Below, piece after piece: positions 52,396-62,269 of a stretch of DNA of 64,000 bases. The stretch covers positions 800,001 to 864,000 of the forward strand of contig OZ224045.1 of assembly GCA_963665325.3 (NCBI GenBank), given 5' to 3'. Under the pieces are notes generated by a model. The model was not told the origin of the DNA, did no database searches, and saw only the letters and a list, made by a program, of their open reading frames with translations. This DNA comes from Alphaproteobacteria bacterium (lineage in GTDB: Bacteria > Pseudomonadota > Alphaproteobacteria > Bin95). Every line of letters starts with the position of its first letter. Within the stretch, counting starts at the first letter, position 1. The position numbers and the translations under genes were made by a program.

Positions 52396-53889
52396 ATGTC
52401 GCTCACGATGCCGGCGCCCGAGGCGGCGATCCTGGAGAACCGCGACCGGCTCATCTGCCGGCTGCGCGCGATCCTGCCCGAAGAGAGCGTGATCGCCGAG
52501 GAGACGGCGATGCGCGCCTATGAGTGCGACGCGCTCACCATGTACCGCCAGCTTCCGCTCGTCGTCGCCCTGCCGGAAACGGTGCCGCAGGTGCAGGAGA
52601 TCATGGCTGTCGCCGCCGAGATGAATGTGAAGGTGGTGCCGCGCGGAGCCGGCACCTCGCTTTCCGGCGGCTCGCTGCCGCTCGGAGACGGCATCCTGCT
52701 CGCCATGGGCAAGTTCAACCGTATCCTGGAGATCGACTACGAGAACCGCTCGGCCCGCGTGCAGCCGGGCGTGGCCAATCTCGCGATCAGCGATGCAGTG
52801 GCCGAGCGCGGCTTCTACTACGCGCCCGACCCCTCCTCGCAGATCGCCTGCTCCATCGGCGGCAATGTCGGCGAGAACTCCGGTGGCGTGCACTGCCTGA
52901 AATACGGCCTTACCACCAACAACATACTAGGCCTCGAAATCGTGCTGATGGGCGGCGAGATCGTCCATCTTGGCGGCAAGCACCTCGATTCCGAGGGCTA
53001 CGACCTGATGGGTCTGATGACCGGTTCGGAAGGCCTGCTCGGCGTCGTCACCGAAGTGACGGTGCGCCTGCTGCGCAAGCCGGAGATCGCGCGCGGCCTG
53101 CTGCTGGCATTTCCCACGGTGGAGGCGGGCGCGACCTGCGTGGCGGACATCATCGCGGCGGGCATCATCCCCGGCGGGCTGGAGATGATGGACGGCCCTG
53201 CGATCCGCGCGACGGAGGACTTCCAGCCCTGCGGCTACCCGACGGAGGCCGCCTCGCTGCTGATCTGCGAACTCGACGGCGAGGCCTCCGAGGTGGACCA
53301 TCTGGTCGAACGGGTGTCGGAAATCGCGCGGGCGGTCGGCGCGACGACGATCCGCGCTTCCGAGAGCGAGGAGGAGCGGCTCCGCTTCTGGGCCGGGCGC
53401 AAGAACTCCTTCCCGGCCGTCGGCGCCATCGGGCCGGACTATCTCTGCATGGACGGCACCATCCCGCGCGGCAGACTGGCGGAAGTGCTGGCCGGCATGT
53501 CAGAGCTTGCCGAAAAGCACGGCCTGCGGGTCGCCAATGTGTTCCATGCCGGCGACGGCAACCTGCACCCGCTGATCCTCTACGACGCCAACCGGCCGGG
53601 CGATATCGAGACGGCGGAGGCCTTCGGCGCCGACATCCTGAAGCTCTGCGTCGCCGTCGGCGGGGTGCTGACCGGCGAGCACGGCGTCGGCGTCGAGAAG
53701 CGCGACCTCATGGGCACGATGTTCACCGAGGCCGACCTCGACCAGCAGCAGCGGGTCAAATGCGCCTTCGACCCCGAACACCGGCTCAACCCGGGCAAGG
53801 TCTTCCCGACCTTGCGGCGCTGCGCCGAGCTCGGGCGGATGCATGTCCGGGGCGGCGCGCTGCCTTTCCCGGACCTGCCGCGCTTCTGA
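52396..53889 (+). CDS. glcD: Glycolate oxidase FAD subunit
   Basis: PRGAGTSLSGG, APDPSSQIACSIGGN, FHAGDGNLHP, GEHGVG. Confidence 0.93.
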   Translation: MSLTMPAPEAAILENRDRLICRLRAILPEESVIAEETAMRAYECDALTMYRQLPLVVALPETVPQVQEIMAVAAEMNVKVVPRGAGTSLSGGSLPLGDGILLAMGKFNRILEIDYENRSARVQPGVANLAISDAVAERGFYYAPDPSSQIACSIGGNVGENSGGVHCLKYGLTTNNILGLEIVLMGGEIVHLGGKHLDSEGYDLMGLMTGSEGLLGVVTEVTVRLLRKPEIARGLLLAFPTVEAGATCVADIIAAGIIPGGLEMMDGPAIRATEDFQPCGYPTEAASLLICELDGEASEVDHLVERVSEIARAVGATTIRASESEEERLRFWAGRKNSFPAVGAIGPDYLCMDGTIPRGRLAEVLAGMSELAEKHGLRVANVFHAGDGNLHPLILYDANRPGDIETAEAFGADILKLCVAVGGVLTGEHGVGVEKRDLMGTMFTEADLDQQQRVKCAFDPEHRLNPGKVFPTLRRCAELGRMHVRGGALPFPDLPRF

Positions 53890-53913
53890 GGCCGGCGGCC
53901 GGGCCCGACCGCG

Positions 53914-55074
53914 ATGGATGTGCTGGCGCCACGGGACGAGGCGGATCTCGAGGATGCGATCGCGGCGGCGGTCGCCGAGGGCTCGGCGCTCGCGGTCGAG
54001 GGCGAGGGCAGCAAGCGCGGCTTCGGCCATGCCGTCGAGGCCCGCCGCCGGCTCTCCACCGCGGCGATGCGCGGCGTCTCGCTCTACGAGCCGGCCGAAC
54101 TGGTGCTGACCGCCGGCGCCGGCACGCCGCTTCGCGAAATCCAGGGCCTGCTCGACCAGCAGGGCCAGCAGCTTGCCTTCGAACCGCCGGATTACGGCCT
54201 CATCCTCGGCGGTCCGGCGGGCCGGGGTACGATCGGCGGCGCGATCGCGATCAACGCCTCCGGGCCGCGCCGCATCAAGGCGGGCGCGGCGCGCGACCAC
54301 CTGCTCGGCTTCCGTGCCGTCAGCGGGCGGGGAGAGCCGTTCAAGTCCGGCGGGCGGGTGATGAAGAACGTCACCGGCTACGACCTCTGCAAGCTGATGG
54401 CCGGTTCGCACGGCACGCTCGGCGTCATGAGCGAGATGACCGTCAAGGTGCTCCCGAAGCCGGAAACCGAGGAGACGGTGGTCTTCGCCGGCCTCGACGA
54501 CGCGGCGGCGGTGGCGCTGATGACCGCGGCGTCGGGCCAGCCGGCGGAGGTCTCCGGCTTCGCCCACCTGCCGGAAGAGGGCGGGCGCACGGGGCTCAGG
54601 CTGGAGGGGCCGGCGGTCTCCGTCGCCTCCCGTCGCGAGGCCCTGCTCGGACATTTCGGCGGCGAGGCCGAGGTGCTGGAGGAGGCCGCCTCGCGGGCCT
54701 TTTGGGAAGCCGTGCGCGATGTGCGCCCGCTGGCGGGGCGGGGAGAGCAGCTCTGGCGGCTGTCCGTGGCCCCGGCTGACGGCGCGGCGACCGTGGCCCG
54801 GCTCGCGGAACGCGGCGTGCCGATTGCGGGCCGGCTCTATGACTGGGCGGGCGGCCTCGTCTGGCTGGCGGTTGAGGCCGGCCGCCACGGAAGCGCGATC
54901 CGGGAGGGGCTTGCCGGCCATGCCACATGCATCCGGGCGCCCGATGAGGTCCGTGCGGCCGACCCGGTCTTCCACCCGCAGCCGCCGGCGCTGGCGGCGC
55001 TCTCGCGGCGGGTGAAGGATAGTTTCGACCCGAAGCGCGTGCTCAATCCGGGCCGCATGGGCGAGGGCCTCTGA
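53914..55074 (+). CDS. glcE: Glycolate oxidase FAD-binding subunit
   Basis: YEPAELV, LAFEPP, SGPRR, GGRVMKNVTGYD, FDPKRVLNPGR. Confidence 0.93.
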   Translation: MDVLAPRDEADLEDAIAAAVAEGSALAVEGEGSKRGFGHAVEARRRLSTAAMRGVSLYEPAELVLTAGAGTPLREIQGLLDQQGQQLAFEPPDYGLILGGPAGRGTIGGAIAINASGPRRIKAGAARDHLLGFRAVSGRGEPFKSGGRVMKNVTGYDLCKLMAGSHGTLGVMSEMTVKVLPKPETEETVVFAGLDDAAAVALMTAASGQPAEVSGFAHLPEEGGRTGLRLEGPAVSVASRREALLGHFGGEAEVLEEAASRAFWEAVRDVRPLAGRGEQLWRLSVAPADGAATVARLAERGVPIAGRLYDWAGGLVWLAVEAGRHGSAIREGLAGHATCIRAPDEVRAADPVFHPQPPALAALSRRVKDSFDPKRVLNPGRMGEGL

Positions 55075-56354
55075 TGCAGACGAATTTCAGCCTGGCCCAG
55101 CTTGCCGATCCCGATGTCGCGGCATCCGAGCAGATCCTCAGGCGCTGCGTGCATTGCGGCTTCTGCACCGCTACCTGCCCGACCTTCAAGCTGCTCGGCG
55201 ACGAGCTCGACAGCCCGCGCGGGCGCATCCACCTCATCAAGGAGATGCTGGAGAACGACCGCCCGGCCGATGCGCGCACCGTGCGCCATATCGACCGCTG
55301 CCTCTCCTGCCTCTCCTGCATGACGACCTGCCCGTCCAGCGTCCACTACATGCACCTGGTGGACCATGCGCGCGCGCATATCGAGGAGACCTTCGCGCGC
55401 CCGCTGCCGGAACGCTGGCTGCGCCGCCTGCTGGCCCTTGTGCTGCCGCGCCCGGCGCTGTTCCGCGCGGCCCTGCTGGGCGCGATGGCGGTCCGGCCCT
55501 TTGCGCGCTTCCTGCCGGGCAGGCTCGCCGCGATGGCCGCGATGGCGCCCGCGCGCCTGCCCTCGCCCTCGCCCGTGGACCGGCCACAGACCTTCCCGGC
55601 CGAGGGGGAGCGGCGGATGCGCGTGGCCCTGCTGACTGGCTGCGCCCAGACCGTGCTCGACCCCGCCATCAACGAGGCGACGGTGCGCCTGCTGACCCGC
55701 ATGGGCGCGGAGGTCGTCGTGGCCGAGGGTGCCGGCTGCTGCGGGGCGCTCGTCCACCATATGGGGCAGGCCGATGCGGGCAAGACCGCGGCGGCCGCGA
55801 ATGTTCGCGCCTGGATGCGCGCCCGGCCGGACCGCATCGTCGTCAATGCTTCGGGCTGCGGCACGCAGGTGAAGGACTATGGCTACATGCTGCGCGGCGA
55901 CAGGGCGCTTGCGGAGAATGCGGCCTGGGTCTCGGCGCGCACCCGCGACCTGACGGAAGTGCTGGACGAACTGGGCTTTGCGGAACGCGCAGCGGACGGC
56001 GCGGCCCCGCGCCTGCGCGTTGCCTACCACTCCGCCTGCTCGATGCAGCACGGCCAGAAGATCACGAGCCTCCCAATGCGCCTGCTGGAGGCCGCTGGCT
56101 TCGAGCCGCTTTCCGTGCCCGAAGGCCATATCTGCTGCGGGTCCGCCGGCACCTATAACCTGCTGCAACCGGAACTCGCCGCCCGCCTCCGCGACCGCAA
56201 GGCCGCGCACATCGAGAGCACGAGCCCGGACGCCGTGGCGGCGGGCAATATCGGCTGCATGGTCCAGATCGCTGGCGCCACAAACCTCCCCGTCCTGCAC
56301 ACAGCCCAACTTCTCGACTGGGCCACGGGCGGGCCGCGGCCGGCGGGGGTGTGA
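55074..56354 (+). CDS. glcF: Glycolate oxidase iron-sulfur subunit
   Basis: CVHCGFCTATCP, CLSCLSCMTTCP, two CCG domains. Confidence 0.94.
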   Translation: MQTNFSLAQLADPDVAASEQILRRCVHCGFCTATCPTFKLLGDELDSPRGRIHLIKEMLENDRPADARTVRHIDRCLSCLSCMTTCPSSVHYMHLVDHARAHIEETFARPLPERWLRRLLALVLPRPALFRAALLGAMAVRPFARFLPGRLAAMAAMAPARLPSPSPVDRPQTFPAEGERRMRVALLTGCAQTVLDPAINEATVRLLTRMGAEVVVAEGAGCCGALVHHMGQADAGKTAAAANVRAWMRARPDRIVVNASGCGTQVKDYGYMLRGDRALAENAAWVSARTRDLTEVLDELGFAERAADGAAPRLRVAYHSACSMQHGQKITSLPMRLLEAAGFEPLSVPEGHICCGSAGTYNLLQPELAARLRDRKAAHIESTSPDAVAAGNIGCMVQIAGATNLPVLHTAQLLDWATGGPRPAGV

Positions 56355-56364
56355 GGGCTGAAGC

Positions 56365-57500
56365 CTACCGCGCCTCCAGGATCTCCAGCATGTCGCGCGC
56401 GCACCAGACGCGGTTGCGCTTCGCCGGGCCGGCGGGCTGGACGATGCCCGCCTCCTCCAGCCGGTCGAGGGCGCGGCGCGCGGTCGTGTAGGCGATGCCG
56501 AGCCGTTCCGAGAGGCCGCCCGCGGTCCAGAACGGGTGGCGCAGGAACAGCGGCAGCATGTCGTTCGCACGCCCGGACGCGGCCTCCCGCCAGCGTTCCA
56601 GCAGGGCCGCGATAGCCTCGATGCGCGCCACCGCGTCCTCCGCCTGGATGCGCACGCCCCGGAGGAAATATTCGACCCACTCCTCCACTCGCCTCTTTCG
56701 GTCACGGCGAGGAGGTGGCCGTAATAGGCATCGCGCGTGCTCTCGAACCATGCGCTCAGGCACAGCAGCGGCGCGGGCAGGACTCCGCGCGTCGCCAGCA
56801 GCAGGTCGATGAGCAGCCGGCCGGTGCGGCCGTTGCCGTCGAGGAAGGGATGGATGGCCTCGAACTGGGCATGCGCAAGCGCGGCATGGACCAGCGGCGG
56901 CAAGGTGTCGTCGTGGAGGAAGCGCTCCCAGGCGTCGAGGCACTTCATCAGCGCCTCGGGCGGCGGCGGCACATATGTGGCATCCGCCGGCGTGCTGCCG
57001 GGCGGGCCGATCCAGTTCCGGACACGCCTGAATTCCCCGGGCATGGCGCTGTCGCCGCGCACGCCGCGCATCAGGCGTTCGTGGAGTTCCCGGACGAGGC
57101 GCAGCGAAAGCGGCAGCGTCTCGAGGCGCGCGAGCCCGTATTCCATCGCGGCGACGCAGTTGGCGACCTCGTGCAGGTCGTCGGGGTCCGGTGCGGGCGC
57201 GGCGCCGGTCTCGGCTGCGAGTAGTTGCGCGAGCGTCGTCCGCGTGCCCTCGATCCGGCTCGACAGCACGGCCTCCCGTCGAAGGAAGAGGGCGGCAATG
57301 AGGTCCGCATGCGGCAGCCGCCGGCACTCTCCGGCCAGCCGGCCGACCGCGCGGTCCGCGTCCGAGAGCGCGGCGACGAGCGCGTTGTCCCAGGCGCGCG
57401 GCGGCGGCAGCGGGGCCGGTAGGAACGCGCGGACGCCGTCCGGTCCTACGACGGTGCGGCCATGCGGGCGCCTCTCGGGCCGGGTCGTTGGCATGGCCAT
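56365..57500 (-). pseudogene. Fic family protein (class II, C-terminal wHTH), split by a 1-nt frameshift
   Basis: SSRIEG inhibitory motif and HPFLDGNGRTGR in one frame; EEWVEYFLRGV...HTH continues in another frame from about 56686. Confidence 0.8.
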
Positions 57501-57680
57501 ACCGCCGCCTCATTAAGAAAATGACAATTATCTCAGCTATCTTAGCGTAATTGCCTTGAAGTGAAAATCTCTGCAGCCTTTGTTTGCGGTGGCGAATCCA
57601 AAAGCAAAGCAGTTTTATCGAAACATGAATAGAACGAAAATAACATTGTCCGGCGCGCCGTCCTGGCCCGGAAGGGCCGC

Positions 57681-58037
57681 TCAGCCGGAATACCAGACGG
57701 AGTAGGCATTCGGCGCGAGCACGAAGGGGATGTGGTAGCGCCCGTCCGGGTCCGGCATCTCCAGGCGCATGACGACTTCGCGGATGAAGCGCGGGCCCCG
57801 GGGCGGCGGCGTCATCGCCGAGAAATACGCCCCGACATCCAGCACCATTTCATAGACGGCACCGGGTTTCAGGTCCTGCGGGTCGATCTCTTTCGTGAGC
57901 CGCCCGCCCTCGTCCGTCGCCTGCCGGAACAGTTCGGTGCGGCGGCCGTCGGCGTCGATGCGCGTGAGCGTGACGGGGATGCCGCCCGCATGGGTGCCGT
58001 CCACCGAGTTCAGCGTGTGTGTGGAGAGCGTGGCCAT
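57681..58037 (-). CDS. Transthyretin-like / hydroxyisourate hydrolase family protein, non-canonical C-terminus
   Basis: LSTHTLN, TDEGGR, YHIPF; ends WYSG rather than YRGS. Confidence 0.85.
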   Translation of the reverse strand: MATLSTHTLNSVDGTHAGGIPVTLTRIDADGRRTELFRQATDEGGRLTKEIDPQDLKPGAVYEMVLDVGAYFSAMTPPPRGPRFIREVVMRLEMPDPDGRYHIPFVLAPNAYSVWYSG

Positions 58038-58040
58038 CGG

Positions 58041-59771
58041 CTACTCGATCGACGCCTTGTCGCGCCTGTCGGTGGTGGCGAGCACGATCGGGCTGATCAC
58101 GCCCTTCGCCTTGACGTTCAGGCAGGCGGGCTTGCCGCTGGCGAGCGCGCGTTCCAGCGCCGGGCCGAGCTGCTCGCGCGTCTCTACCAGTTCGCCGTGG
58201 CCGCCCATCCCCTCGAAGATGCCGTGGAACGGGATGTCGCGGAAATCCGTGGCGAAGTGGGTGCCGCTCTCGAAGAGCCGTTCCTGTTGCTGGGAGATGC
58301 AGTCGAGGCCGCCATTGTTGTCGATCACGACCACGATGGGGCAGTCCTCCTGGAACGCCGCCTCGATGCTGAGGCCGCCCGAAAGGAAGGCGCCGTCGCC
58401 GCTGATCAGCACGACATTGCTGTCGGGATGCGTGTTCTTCGCCGAGAGCGCGAGCGACACGCCGACGCCGAGCAGCGAATAGGACCCCGGATGCAGGACG
58501 CCGGCGAGCTTCTGGCCTTCCCACCCCGCGACATTCACCGCGATCTCCGACCAGAAGTGGGTGTTGCCGCCGTCGAAGACCAGCCAGTCCTTCTCTTTCA
58601 TGGTGCGGTTGACGTCGATGGCGAGCTGCAGCGGGTGCATCTTCTCGCCCCTGGCCGCTCCCGCCTCATTGTCGGCGTCGAGGTCCGCCAGCGTCTCTTC
58701 GACCCATTCGCCGCGCTTGACGCGGTTGAGCGCGAACCAGGCCTCGTCGAACGGGGCGAGCGTCATCAGGCTGTCGAAGAAGGCGCCCGGATCGCTGAGC
58801 AACACCTCATCGGCCGCCCGGTTCAGCTCCAGCTCTTCATGGCTGCCGTTCACGCAGACCAGTTCGCAGCTTTCCGGAAACATCGGCGGGTTGCCGAAAT
58901 TCATCTGGTTGTCCAGGCGCCCGCCGACCATGACCGCCACATCGCAGTTTTCCGCGGCGAAACAATAGGGCGGATACTGGTGCCGGTCCGCGAGCCCCAT
59001 ATAGGCCTCGCTCTCCTCGCCCAGCAATTTCTGGTGATAGGGCACATTGAAGACCGGGATGTTGAGGGCCCGCCCGGCTTCTTCCAGCTTCTCCTCGTTG
59101 CCCGACCACCACACGCCATGTCCGCCGATGAGGATCGGCCGGCGCGCCCCGGCAAGCCGCTTCATCAACGGATCGAGGTCGCGCGGATCGGGCCAGGCCC
59201 GCGGAACCGGTCGGCCGGCGCGGGAAAAGGGCCGCTCGTCCCGCCCGGCATCCTCGTCCACCGAGGAGAACATGATGTCGACCGGCAGGCTGAGATGAAC
59301 CGGACCCGGATAGCCGCTTGTCGCGATCTTCCAGGCGCGGTCCACGAACTCGCCGATCCGCGTGCCGTCGGTGATGCTTGCGGAATATTTGGTGAGCGGC
59401 CCGGCGATGGCGACATCGTCGATTTCCTTGAAGCCGCCCGCGCCCTGCCGCTTCAAAGTGCTGGAGCCGGTGATGAAGATGACCGGCGAGCGTTCGCCCC
59501 AGGCTTCCATGATCGCGGGCACCGCATTGGCGAAGCCCTCCGGCCCCACCAGGCAGACGGCCGGCTTGCGGGTGATGCGCGTGTGCCCGTCCGCCAGGTG
59601 CCCGGCGACCTGCTCGTGAGGGCAGTTCACCACCCGCATCTGGCATTCCATGAAGCCTTCGAGCGCGGGGTTGCAGAACCCGCCGGCGAGCGTGAAGACA
59701 TGCTCCACCCCCTTCTCGTGAAGCGCGCGCGCCAGAACATTGCCGCCCCGGAGGCGTCTGGTTTCGGTCAT
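58041..59771 (-). CDS. Thiamine diphosphate-dependent enzyme (acetolactate synthase / 2-hydroxyacyl-CoA lyase superfamily)
   Basis: HEQVAGHLADG, PGPVHLSLP, GDGAF...DNN ThDP-binding motif. Confidence 0.9.
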   Translation of the reverse strand: MTETRRLRGGNVLARALHEKGVEHVFTLAGGFCNPALEGFMECQMRVVNCPHEQVAGHLADGHTRITRKPAVCLVGPEGFANAVPAIMEAWGERSPVIFITGSSTLKRQGAGGFKEIDDVAIAGPLTKYSASITDGTRIGEFVDRAWKIATSGYPGPVHLSLPVDIMFSSVDEDAGRDERPFSRAGRPVPRAWPDPRDLDPLMKRLAGARRPILIGGHGVWWSGNEEKLEEAGRALNIPVFNVPYHQKLLGEESEAYMGLADRHQYPPYCFAAENCDVAVMVGGRLDNQMNFGNPPMFPESCELVCVNGSHEELELNRAADEVLLSDPGAFFDSLMTLAPFDEAWFALNRVKRGEWVEETLADLDADNEAGAARGEKMHPLQLAIDVNRTMKEKDWLVFDGGNTHFWSEIAVNVAGWEGQKLAGVLHPGSYSLLGVGVSLALSAKNTHPDSNVVLISGDGAFLSGGLSIEAAFQEDCPIVVVIDNNGGLDCISQQQERLFESGTHFATDFRDIPFHGIFEGMGGHGELVETREQLGPALERALASGKPACLNVKAKGVISPIVLATTDRRDKASIE

Positions 59772-59899
59772 CCGACGATCCCCATACCGATCAAGGGCGC
59801 AGTATAGCCGGCCCGTAGAGAAGCGGGAGATACGCGCCGGGGCGGCGTTCCGGTCCGGCAATGCAAGGCAGGCCGGCCCGGGGGCCCACTCCAGCGGGG

Positions 59900-60580
59900 T
59901 GTCATGAAGTGTCATGTTTTGTCATGAGGCCCGCCGGAAATGTCATGCTTTGTCATGCGGTCCGCCGCGCAAGCGGGGGAGGCGGAAATGAGGTGCGGAA
60001 AGGACGGGCCGGCTCCATGGAAAACCCCTCTCCCGATTGCGGGAGAGGATGGGAGAGGGCCTCACGGCGTGACGGGTCTTTGCCGGGCTTCGCCCGCCGC
60101 CGCACTGAACGCGGTGGACGATACGAATAGCGGCGTTGGCACGGCCGCGCTGAACGCGGCGGACGATGCGAATGGCGGCGTTGGCGCCGCCGCGCTTCCG
60201 CTGGCGCGGAAGCGGACCCCCACCCGACCTCCCCCGCGAGCGGGGGAGGCGGAAAGAGGGGCAGACGGCTCGCTGGCGGACAGCGTCCGGGACGACGACA
60301 GGGGCGTATTGCTTCATCGGTCCTCCTCCTTGTCCTTCCCGCCGCCGTCCTGCCTGCGGCGGGTCCCTGTTTCGCGCGTATCGCGCGCGGGCGGGGGCGC
60401 CCGTTGGCGCCGGCGCGGTTCGCGCACCTGATTGCGCGCGCGAGGCGACGGACGCACCTCTCCCGTGCGTTTCTCAGGGGGTTTTCGAAAATGACGCCGC
60501 CCGGCCGCACGACGCCGGAGAAGCGGCTCCGGATACCGCTTCTTCCGGCTTCATACTAGCATATTTTCCCTGATGTCAAG
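59900..60580 (-). repeat. Dispersed composite non-coding element, copy B (inverted), carrying REP-like hairpins
   Basis: TGTCATG arrays at 59900-59926 and 59941-59957; core 60358-60479; minus-strand TTGACA at 60574-60579. Confidence 0.85.
60101..60190. repeat. 45-bp imperfect tandem duplication
   Basis: CGCACTGAACGCGGTGGACGATACGAATAGCGGCGTTGGCACGGC followed directly by CGCGCTGAACGCGGCGGACGATGCGAATGGCGGCGTTGGCGCCGC. Confidence 0.85.
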
Positions 60581-60683
60581 CAATTTTGCGAACAAAAAGT
60601 AAAAACACCAGAAATTTTTCAACTCGCAAAGGCGCTCAATCGACGACTCACACCAGCGGTCGTCGATCGGAACCTGTGCCGAC

Positions 60684-60811
60684 TGCCTCCGGACCGCGGT
60701 CAGAAGCGGTCGAACAGGGCTTGCAGCTCTTCGGGGTCGCGGGTGCGGACGGGGCCGAGCATGACGAGGACCCACGCCTTCCGGACGGTCTGGTTGTCGG
60801 CGAGTACCGTG
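60684..60811 (-). pseudogene. Diverged duplicate of the asparaginase 3' end
   Basis: Ungapped match to 62434-62561, 107/128 nt by manual count; translates TVLADNQTVRKAWVLVMLGPVRTRDPEELQALFDRF*. Confidence 0.9.
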
Positions 60812-61078
60812 TGCCGTCCAATCTGCCAAACGAATAGGGCACCTCGACGCATGGGAAGCGCTCCAGTGGGCCGAGTTTACCTTTCTCCAACCCCAACTGG
60901 CGAGCTAGGACCGTCGCACACCGGCGACCCGTCGGTCTTGTAGAGACTATCCGACGAGGTATCCATTGAGACACTTTCCTCCTCATCACCCACAGACATA
61001 ATTCTCCAATCAGAATCTCCGCTACGCCGCAAGGGACTCCCGGCGCCTGCATCGTGTCTATGTCCACTCTCCATTGTT

Positions 61079-62269
61079 TCACTCGACCAGTGGCTCCTCA
61101 TCATAGGGGCAGTAATCTTCCGGTTCAAAGACGTCGATCTCGCCGAGATCAATGTAATAATCTTTAGTGCTGACCTCGACATCTACAAGCGTGATATCTT
61201 CTCTTCCGGTACCTTGGCCTTGGACATCGATCACGATGATCACCTCGGTATCTATGTCTTCTCTAACCTCAATCGTCCGTCCTCCCATAGGTATCGACTC
61301 TTTATCAACTCCGTCCCAAAACGAAAAGTTTACTTCAACTGGTATTTTCACAATTAATACTAACGGCAAGCTTACAACCAGTCCAAGCTCTTCCCCATTC
61401 TCTCGGGGCTCTACTTCGATAATGTCTATCTCATCTTCAAGTGGCAAAGCAACGCTCTCAAGCTCTCCCGCCCAAGCATACAATTCGCATCCGCCCATGG
61501 ACGGAGTGGCATTTGCGTCGAATTCTATGACCTCCACCTTGCTGGTCAAATGCGACATTAAATCCGAGGTTCCATCGACTTCCCCCTCCAACCAATCAAA
61601 AACAGATCTCCTTAAAATCGGCGGCGCATTAGCCACAAGAGCAAGCGCCCGTTCGATGTTCGGCACCAGATAAAGTCGCTCTGAGTTCTTACAAAAAGCA
61701 CTCCAATCACCATCCTTCGAGACAACTAAGATACCGATGTCATGATCCGTCGCCGTTCGTTCTAGTGCGTTGAGAGCGAGTGCATCTGGAAATTCTGTCT
61801 TCTTCTTGCCGGCCCCGAATGGTGCTCGCTTGGCAAAGTAATCTTCGAAAAGCGTCGCGGTATCTACAAGCTCTCTATCGTTCAATATCTCGCATCCTGT
61901 ATCTTTTACGTATACGCTAAATTGCTCCTGCGCCGCTTGGGTTGGATTACGGCCCTTGGTTATCTTGTCCAAGAGTTGATCTCTAGTAGGGTCCTTAGTT
62001 TCAAATACATGAAGCGCTTGACCAATTGCCTTTTTTGCCGACCTCAACGCTTGCGAAGCAGCGTCGTCGAGGTGCCCAATTACTTCTCTAGCGACAGTGT
62101 CAGCCAGCATAAAGCGGAATCCATGACCGCTTAGACGAGCGAGAGATCGAAGCGTTACCGAGTTAAGGTGTAGCTGCTTTTCATCAAATATGTTCGTATC
62201 TATCGTAAGGGCATTAACCTCGCCTGCGGAAAGTGCCGCGCGGAGTCCATCGTCATCAAGTATTGGCAT
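61079..62269 (-). CDS. PIN-domain protein (DUF4935-like) with acidic C-terminal domain
   Basis: IDTNIF, REV, APFG..KKTEFPDA, VVSKDGDW; much lower GC than the flanks. Confidence 0.8.
   Translation of the reverse strand: MPILDDDGLRAALSAGEVNALTIDTNIFDEKQLHLNSVTLRSLARLSGHGFRFMLADTVAREVIGHLDDAASQALRSAKKAIGQALHVFETKDPTRDQLLDKITKGRNPTQAAQEQFSVYVKDTGCEILNDRELVDTATLFEDYFAKRAPFGAGKKKTEFPDALALNALERTATDHDIGILVVSKDGDWSAFCKNSERLYLVPNIERALALVANAPPILRRSVFDWLEGEVDGTSDLMSHLTSKVEVIEFDANATPSMGGCELYAWAGELESVALPLEDEIDIIEVEPRENGEELGLVVSLPLVLIVKIPVEVNFSFWDGVDKESIPMGGRTIEVREDIDTEVIIVIDVQGQGTGREDITLVDVEVSTKDYYIDLGEIDVFEPEDYCPYDEEPLVE

Noticed and set aside
54837-57500. 887-aa Fic fusion ORF in the track
   Set aside because: Artefact of the frameshift; the tail is antisense read-through of glcF/glcE.
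60101-60190. CRISPR array
   Set aside because: Two adjacent imperfect 45-bp units with no spacers and no cas genes; no CRISPR array was seen anywhere in the window.
60355-60480. TPP riboswitch upstream of the ThDP enzyme (CTGAGA, ATAC, AGGGA on the minus strand)
   Set aside because: It lacks the ACCC and ACCTGA elements on the same strand, lies about 600 nt from the gene, and the same core occurs at unrelated loci.
60820-61082. ORF overlapping the PIN gene stop as an antitoxin or partner
   Set aside because: No recognisable motif, and it reads into the duplicated asparaginase tail out of frame.
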